Shown here piece after piece: positions 55,634 to 64,000 of a DNA stretch of 64,000 bases. Origin of the DNA: the human T2T-CHM13v2.0 reference genome, Homo sapiens; the NCBI RefSeq assembly GCF_009914755.1, contig NC_060925.1. One strand, written 5' to 3'. Each line of letters begins with the position of its first letter. Positions within the stretch are counted from its first letter, which is position 1. The notes beneath the pieces were generated by a model that searched no databases, was not told the origin of the DNA, and saw only the letters and a list, made by a program, of their open reading frames with translations. A program made the translations under genes and the position numbers.

Positions 55634-57409
55634 ATGAAATTGAAATGGATGGACTCATCATCAAATGGATTCGAATGGATTCATCAAATAAAATTGATTG
55701 AAATCATCATCGAATGGAATCGAATGGTATCATTGAATGGAATCGAATGGAATCATCATCAGATGGAAATGAATGGAATCCTCATAGAATGGAATCGAAT
55801 GGATTCATTGAATGGAATCAGATGGAATCATTGAATTTACTGGAATGGAATCATTGAATGGACTCGAAAGGGATCATTATTGAATGGAATTGAATGGAAT
55901 CATCGAATGGTCTCGATTGGAATCATTATCAAATGGAATCGAATGGAATCACCGAATAGAATCGAATGGAACAATCATCGAATGGACTCAAATGGAATTA
56001 TCCTCCAATGGAATCGAATGGAATTATCGAATGCAATCGAATGGAATTATCGAATGCAATCGAAGAGAATCATCGAATGGACTCGAATGGAATCATCGAA
56101 TGGAATGGAATGGAACAGTCAATGAACTCGAATGGAATCATCATTGAATGGAATCGAATGGAATCATCGAGTGGAATCGAATGGAATTATGATCAAATGG
56201 AATGGAATGTAATCATCATCAAATGGAATCAAAAATAACCATCATCAATTGGTATTGAATGGAATTGTCATCAAATGGAATTCAAAGGAATCATCATCAA
56301 ATGGAACCGAATGGAATCCTCATTGAATGGAAATGAAAGGGGTCATCATCTAATGGAATCGCATGGAATCATCATCAAATGGAATCGAATGGAATCATCA
56401 TCAAATGGAATCTAATGGAATCATTGAACAGAATTGAATGGAATCGTCATCGAATGAATTGAATGCAATCATCGAATGGTCTCGAATGGAATCATCTTCT
56501 AATGGAAAGGAATGGAATCATCGCATAGAATCGAATGGAATTATCATCGAATGGAATCGAATGGTATCAACACCAAACGGAAAAAAACGGAATTATCGAA
56601 TGGAATCGAAGAGAATCTTCGAACGGACCCGAATGGAATCATCTAATGGAATGGAATGGAATAATCCATGGACTCGAATGCAATCATCATCGAATGGAAT
56701 CGAATGGAATCATCGAATGGACTCGAATGGAATAATCATTGAACGGAATCGATTGGAATCATCATCGGATGGAAACGAATGGAATCATCATCGAATGGAA
56801 ATGAAAGGAGTCATCATCTAATGGAATTGCATGGAATCATCATAAAATGGAATCGAATGGAATCAACATCAAATGGAATCAAATGGAATCATTGAACGGA
56901 ATTGAATGGAATCGTCATCGAATGAATTGACTGCAATCATCCAATGGTCTCGAATGGAATCATCTTCAAATGGAATGGAATGGAATCATCGCATAGAATC
57001 GAATGGAATTATCATCGAATGGAATCGAATGGAATCAACATCCAACGGAAAAAAACGGAATTATCGAATGGAATCGAAGAGAATCATCGAATGGACCCGA
57101 ATGGAATCATCTAATGGAATGGAATGGAATAATCCATGGACTCGAATGCAATCATCATCGAATGGAATCGAATGGAATCATCAAATGGACTCGAATGGAA
57201 TAATCATTGAACGGAATCGAATGGAATCATCATCGGATGGAAATGAATGGAATCATCATCGAATGGAATCGAATAGAATTATGGAATGAAATCCAGTGTG
57301 ATCATCATCGAATGGACCCGAATGGAATCATCATCCAACGGAAGCTAATGGAATCAACATCGAATGAATCAAATGGAAACACCATCGAATTGAAACGAAT
57401 GGAATTATC

Positions 57410-60400
57410 ATGAAATTGAAATGGATGGACTCATCATCGAATGGATTCGAATGGAATCATCGAATAAAATTGATTGAAATCATCATCGAATGGAATCGAA
57501 TGGTATCATTGAATGGAATCGAATGGAATCATCATCAGATGGAAATGAATGGAATCGTCATAGAATGGAATCGAATGGATTCATTGAATGGAATCAGATG
57601 GAATCATCGAATGGACTGGAATGGAATCATTGAATGGACTCGAAAGGGATCATTATTGAATGGAATTGAATGGAATCATCGAATGGTCTCGATTGGAATC
57701 ATTATCAAATGGAATCGAATGGAATCACCGAATAGAATCGAATGGAACAATCATCGAATGGACTCAAATGGAATTATCCTCAAATAGAATCGAATGGAAT
57801 TATCGAATGCAATCGAATGGAGTTATCGAATGCAATCGAATAGAATCATCGAATGGACTCGAATGGAATCATCGAATGGAATGGAATGGAACAGTCAATA
57901 AACTCGAATGGAATCATCATTGAATGGAATCGAATGGAATCATCGAGTGGAATCGAATGGAATTATGATCAAATGGAATCGAATGTAATCATCATCAAAT
58001 GGAATCAAAAATAACCATCATCAATTGGTATTGAATGGAATTGTCATCAAATGGAATTCAAAGGAATCATCATCAAATGGAACCGAATGGAATCCTCATT
58101 GAATGGAAATGAAAGGGGTCATCATCTAATGGAATCGCATGGAATCATCATCAAATGGAATCGAATGGAATCATCATCAAATGGAATCGAATGGAATCAT
58201 TGAAAGAATTGAATGGAATCATCATCGAATGAATTGAATGCAATCATCGAATGGTCTCGAATGGAATCATCTTCTAATGGAAAGGAATGGAATCATCGCA
58301 TAGAATCGAATGGAATTATCATCGAATGGAATCGAATGGTATCAACACCAAACGGAAAAAAACGGAATTATCGAATGGAATCGAAGAGAATCTTCGAACG
58401 GACCCGAATGGAATCATCTAATGGAATGGAATGGAATAATCCATGGAGTCGAATGCAATCATCATCGAATGGAATCGAATGGAATCATCGAATGGACTCG
58501 AATGGAATAATCATTGAACGGAATCGAATGGAATCATCATCGGATGGAAACGAATGGAATCATCATCGAATGGAAATGAAAGGAGTCATCATCTAATGGA
58601 ATTGCATGGAATCATCATCAAATGGAATCGAATGGAATCAACATCAAATGGAATCAAATGGAATCATTGAACGGAATTGAATGGAATCGTCATCGAATGA
58701 ATTGAATGCAATCATCGAATGGTCTCGAATGGAATCATCTTCAAATGGAATGGAATGGAATCATCGCATAGAATCGAATGGAATTATCATCGAATGGAAT
58801 CGAATGGAATCAACATCAAACGGAAAAAAACGTAATTATCGAATGGAATCGAAGAGAATCATCGAATGGACCCGAATGGAATCATCTAATGGAATGGAAT
58901 GGAATAATCCATGGACTCGAATGCAATCATCATCGAATGGAATCGAATGGAATCATCGAATGGACTCGAATGGAATAATCATTGAACGGAATCGAATGAA
59001 ATCATCATCGGATGGAAATGAATGGAATCATCATCGAATGGAATCGAATAGAATTATGGAATGAAATCCAGTGTGATCATCATCGAATGGACACGAATGG
59101 AATCATCATCCAACGGAAGCTCATGGAATCAACATCGAATGAATCAAATGGAAACACCATCGAATTGAAACGAATGGAATTACCATGAAATTGAAATGGA
59201 TGGACTCATCATCAAATGGATTCGAGTGGAATCATCGAATAAAATTGATTGAAATCATCATCGAATGGAATCGAATGGTATCATTGAATGGAATCGAATG
59301 GAATCATCATCAGATGGAAATGAAAGGAATCGTCATAGAATGGAATCGAATGGATTCATTGAATGGAATCAGATGGAATCATTGAATGGACTGGAATGGA
59401 ATCATTGAATGGACTCGAAAGGGATCATGATTGAATGGAATTGAATGGAATCATCGAATGGTCTCGATTGGAATCATTATCAAATGGAATCGAATGGAAT
59501 CACCGAATAGAATCGAATGGAACAATCATCTAATGGACTCAAATGGAATTATCCTCAAATGGAATCGAATGGAATTATCGAATGCAATCGAATGGAATTA
59601 TCGAATGCAATCGAAGAGAATCATCGAATGGACTCGAATGGAATCATCGAATGGAATGGAATGGAACAGTCAATGAACTCGAATGGAATCATCATTGAAT
59701 GGAATCGAATGGAATCATCGAGTGGAATCGAATGGAATTATGATCAAATGGAATCGAATGTAATCATCATCAAATGGAATCAAAAATAACCATCATCAAT
59801 TGGTATTGAATGGAATTCTCATCAAATGGAATTCAAAGGAATCATCATCAAATGGAACCGAATGGAATCCTCATTGAATGGAAATGAAAGGGGTCATCAT
59901 CTAATGGAATCGCATGGAATCATCATCAAATGGAATCGAATGGAATCAACATCAAATGGAATCTAATGGAATCATTGAACGGAATTGAATGGAATCGTCA
60001 TCGAATGAATTGAATGCAATCATCGAATGGTCTCGAATGGAATCATCTTCAAATGGAATGGAATGGAATCATCGCATAGAATCGAATGGAATTATCATCG
60101 AATGGAATCGAATGGAATCAACATCAAACGGAAAAAAACGGAATTATCGAATGGAATCGAAGAGAATCTTCGAACGGACCCGAATGGAATCATCTAATGG
60201 AATGGAATGGAATAATCCATGGACTCGAATGCAATCATCATCGAATGGAATCGAATGGAATCATCGAATGGACTCGAATGGAATAATCATTGAACGGAAT
60301 CGAATGGAATCATCATCGGATGGAAACGAATGGAATCATCATCGAATGGAAATGAAAGGAGTCATCATCTAATGGAATTGCATGGAATCATCATAAAATG

Positions 60401-63400
60401 GAATCGAATGGAATCAACATCAAATGGAATCAAATGGAATCATTGAACGGAATTGAATGGAATCGTCATCGAATGAATTGAATGCAATCATCGAATGGTC
60501 TCGAATGGAATCATCTTCAAATGGAATGGAATGGAATCATCGCATAGAATCGAATGGAATTATCATCGAATGGAATCGAATGGAATCAACATCAAACGGA
60601 AAAAAAAGGAATTATCGAATGGAATCGAAGAGAATCATCGAATGGACCCGAATGGAATCATCTAATGGAATGGAATGGAATAATCCATGGACTCGAATGC
60701 AATCATCATCGAATGGAATAGAATGGAATCATCGAATGGACTCGAATGGAATAATCATTGAACGGAATCGAATGGAATCATCATCGGATGGAAATGAAAG
60801 GAGTCATCATCTAATGGAATTGCATGGAATCATCATAAAATGGAATCGAATGGAATCAACATCAAATGGAATCAAATGGAATCATTGAACGGAATTGAAT
60901 GGAATCGTCATCGAATGAATTGAAAGCAATCATCGAATGGTCTCGAATGGAATCATCTTCAAATGGAATGGAATGGAATCATCGCATAGAATCGAATGGA
61001 ATTATCATCGAATGGAATCGAATGGAATCAACATCAAACGGAAAAAAACGGAATTATCGAATGGAATCGAAGAGAATCATCGAATGGACCCGAATGGAAT
61101 CATCTAATGGAATGGAATGGAATAATCCATGGACTCGAATGCAATCATCATCGAATGGAATCGAATGGAATCATCGAATGGACTCGAATGGAGTAATCAT
61201 TGAACGGAATCGAATGGAATCATCATCGGATGGAAATGAATGGAATCATCATCGAATGGAATCGAATAGAATTATGGAATGAAATCCAGTGTGATCATCA
61301 TCGAATGGACCCGAATGGAATCATCATCCAACGGAAGCTAATGGAATCAACATCGAATGAATCAAATGGAAACACCATCGAATTGAAACGAATGGAATTA
61401 CCATGAAATTGAAATGGATGGACTCATCATCGAATGGATTCGAATGGAATCATCGAATAAAATTGATTGAAATCATCATCGAATGGAATCGAATGGTATC
61501 ATTGAATGGAATCGAATGGAATCATCATCAGATGGAAATGAATGGAATCGTCATAGAATGGAATCGAATGGATTCATTGAATGGAATCAGATGGAATCAT
61601 CGAATGGACTGGAATGGAATCATTGAATGGACTCGAAAGGGATCATTATTGAATGGAATTGAATGGAATCATCGAATGGTCTCGATTGGAATCATTATCA
61701 AATGGAATCGAATGGAATCACCGAATAGAATCGAATGGAACAATCATCGAATGGACTCAAATGGAATTATCCTCAAATAGAATCGAATGGAATTATCGAA
61801 TGCAATCGAATGGAGTTATCGAATGCAATCGAATAGAATCATCGAATGGACTCGAATGGAATCATCGAATGGAATGGAATGGAACAGTCAATAAACTCGA
61901 ATGGAATCATCATTGAATGGAATCGAATGGAATCATCGAGTGGAATCGAATGGAATTATGATCAAATGGAATCGAATGTAATCATCATCAAATGGAATCA
62001 AAAATAACCATCATCAATTGGTATTGAATGGAATTGTCATCAAATGGAATTCAAAGGAATCATCATCAAATGGAACCGAATGGAATCCTCATTGAATGGA
62101 AATGAAAGGGGTCATCATCTAATGGAATCGCATGGAATCATCATCAAATGGAATCGAATGGAATCATCATCAAATGGAATCGAATGGAATCATTGAAAGA
62201 ATTGAATGGAATCATCATCGAATGAATTGAATGCAATCATCGAATGGTCTCGAATGGAATCATCTTCTAATGGAAAGGAATGGAATCATCGCATAGAATC
62301 GAATGGAATTATCATCGAATGGAATCGAATGGTATCAACACCAAACGGAAAAAAACGGAATTATCGAATGGAATCGAAGAGAATCTTCGAACGGACCCGA
62401 ATGGAATCATCTAATGGAATGGAATGGAATAATCCATGGAGTCGAATGCAATCATCATCGAATGGAATCGAATGGAATCATCGAATGGACTCGAATGGAA
62501 TAATCATTGAACGGAATCGAATGGAATCATCATCGGATGGAAACGAATGGAATCATCATCGAATGGAAATGAAAGGAGTCATCATCTAATGGAATTGCAT
62601 GGAATCATCATCAAATGGAATCGAATGGAATCAACATCAAATGGAATCAAATGGAATCATTGAACGGAATTGAATGGAATCGTCATCGAATGAATTGAAT
62701 GCAATCATCGAATGGTCTCGAATGGAATCATCTTCAAATGGAATGGAATGGAATCATCGCATAGAATCGAATGGAATTATCATCGAATGGAATCGAATGG
62801 AATCAACATCAAACGGAAAAAAACGTAATTATCGAATGGAATCGAAGAGAATCATCGAATGGACCCGAATGGAATCATCTAATGGAATGGAATGGAATAA
62901 TCCATGGACTCGAATGCAATCATCATCGAATGGAATCGAATGGAATCATCGAATGGACTCGAATGGAATAATCATTGAACGGAATCGAATGGAATCATCA
63001 TCGGATGGAAATGAATGGAATCATCATCGAATGGAATCGAATAGAATTATGGAATGAAATCCAGTGTGATCATCATCGAATGGACACGAATGGAATCATC
63101 ATCCAACGGAAGCTAATGGAATCAACATCGAATGAATCAAATGGAAACACCATCGAATTGAAACGAATGGAATTACCATGAAATTGAAATGGATGGACTC
63201 ATCATCAAATGGATTCGAGTGGAATCATCGAATAAAATTGATTGAAATCATCATCGAATGGAATCGAATGGTATCATTGAATGGAATCGAATGGAATCAT
63301 CATCAGATGGAAATGAAAGGAATCGTCATAGAATGGAATCGAATGGATTCATTGAATGGAATCAGATGGAATCATTGAATGGACTGGAATGGAATCATTG

Positions 63401-64000
63401 AATGGACTCGAAAGGGATCATGATTGAATGGAATTGAATGGAATCATCGAATGGTCTCGATTGGAATCATTATCAAATGGAATCGAATGGAATCACCGAA
63501 TAGAATCGAATGGAACAATCATCTAATGGACTCAAATGGAATTATCCTCAAATGGAATCGAATGGAATTATCGAATGCAATCGAATGGAATTATCGAATG
63601 CAATCGAAGAGAATCATCGAATGGACTCGAATGGAATCATCGAATGGAATGGAATGGAACAGTCAATGAACTCGAATGGAATCATCATTGAATGGAATCG
63701 AATGGAATCATCGAGTGGAATCGAATGGAATTATGATCAAATGGAATCGAATGTAATCATCATCAAATGGAATCAAAAATAACCATCATCAATTGGTATT
63801 GAATGGAATTCTCATCAAATGGAATTCAAAGGAATCATCATCAAATGGAACCGAATGGAATCCTCATTGAATGGAAATGAAAGGGGTCATCATCTAATGG
63901 AATCGCATGGAATCATCATCAAATGGAATCGAATGGAATCAACATCAAATGGAATCTAATGGAATCATTGAACGGAATTGAATGGAATCGTCATCGAATG
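57410..64000 (+). repeat. 3,993-bp tandem duplication (1775+2218), second copy runs off the window
   Basis: CAAATAGAATC, GGAGTTATCG, GTCAATAAACTC, the 1-bp deletion TGAAAGAATT, CCATGGAGTC and AACGTAATT all recur at +3993 (anchors 57410/61403, 59185/63178). Confidence 0.9.
59185..61402 (+). repeat. 2,218-bp three-module unit, second copy (offset 7,077)
   Basis: Landmarks lie at 59989, 60457 and 60899. It has the same junction (~60784-60805) and the same AATTGAAAGC variant. Confidence 0.92.

Larger units (their letters stand above)
1..64000. repeat. Human satellite II (HSat2/HSATII) tandem array, GAATG strand on +
   Basis: The entire window is degenerate (GGAAT/CGAAT)n interrupted by ATC/ATCATC. 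This gives the 23- and 26-bp subrepeats typical of HSat2, e.g. TGGAATCGAATGGAATCATCATCGAA, with very dense TCGA. No unique sequence and no strand switch were seen. Confidence 0.98.

Noticed and set aside
55834-55840. GG>TT doublet substitution (GAATTTACTGG) as a mutational signature
   Set aside because: It is a single occurrence and cannot be distinguished from chance or sequencing error.
143-63782. About 200 short + strand ORFs (MESSSNEL..., MKLKWMD..., up to 163 aa)
   Set aside because: These are translations of GAATG repeats (W/N/G/M/E/I/S/R-rich) that overlap in several frames. They open and close with single SNVs between units and show no recognisable domain or coding constraint.
1-64000. 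CRISPR-like repeat/spacer array
   Set aside because: There are no unique spacers, because everything derives from the same pentamer/26-mer. No cas-like ORFs are present.
1-64000. HSat3 (e.g. DYZ1 3.56 kb or chr9)
   Set aside because: Pure GGAAT runs are at most 3-4 copies and ATC-interrupted 23/26-bp subunits dominate. The 3,552-bp spacing is simply 2x1776.
1-64000. Alpha satellite, CENP-B boxes or telomeric repeat
   Set aside because: No 171-bp period, CENP-B box or TTAGGG tract was seen.
1-64000. Inversion or strand switch
   Set aside because: No CATTC-oriented tract was seen on the + strand, and the ORF track shows the same + strand pattern from end to end.

Overview
The whole 64 kb window is one uninterrupted, single-orientation tandem array of GGAAT/CATTC-derived satellite with abundant ATC insertions and TCGA sites. 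This is human satellite II (HSat2/HSATII). Its dominant 1,776-bp unit carries one EcoRI site, which matches the classical 1.77-kb chromosome 1q12 family (D1Z1/pUC1.77, HSat2A-type); that placement is inferred from family knowledge, not from a mapping. I find no genes, RNA genes, mobile elements or CRISPR arrays, and every listed ORF is an artefact of the repeat. The informative content is the array architecture. Using the once-per-unit anchor ATGAAATTGAAA (36 copies, 143..63178), the 35 spacings are 23x1776, 3x1775, 4x1308, 2x1983, 2x2218 and 1x3228. All of them decompose arithmetically into copy-number changes of an internal 468-bp module plus defined junctions. Above this level lie a 9,087-bp five-unit higher-order repeat, a ~11-kb duplication at offset 15,867, a 3,552/3,084-bp dimer and a 3,993-bp dimer. 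The most unusual segments are a single diverged island with a 147-bp duplication (~14.94-15.35 kb) and a length-neutral 26-bp deletion-plus-duplication shared by two units 20.8 kb apart. I see no evidence of a new gene-encoded system.
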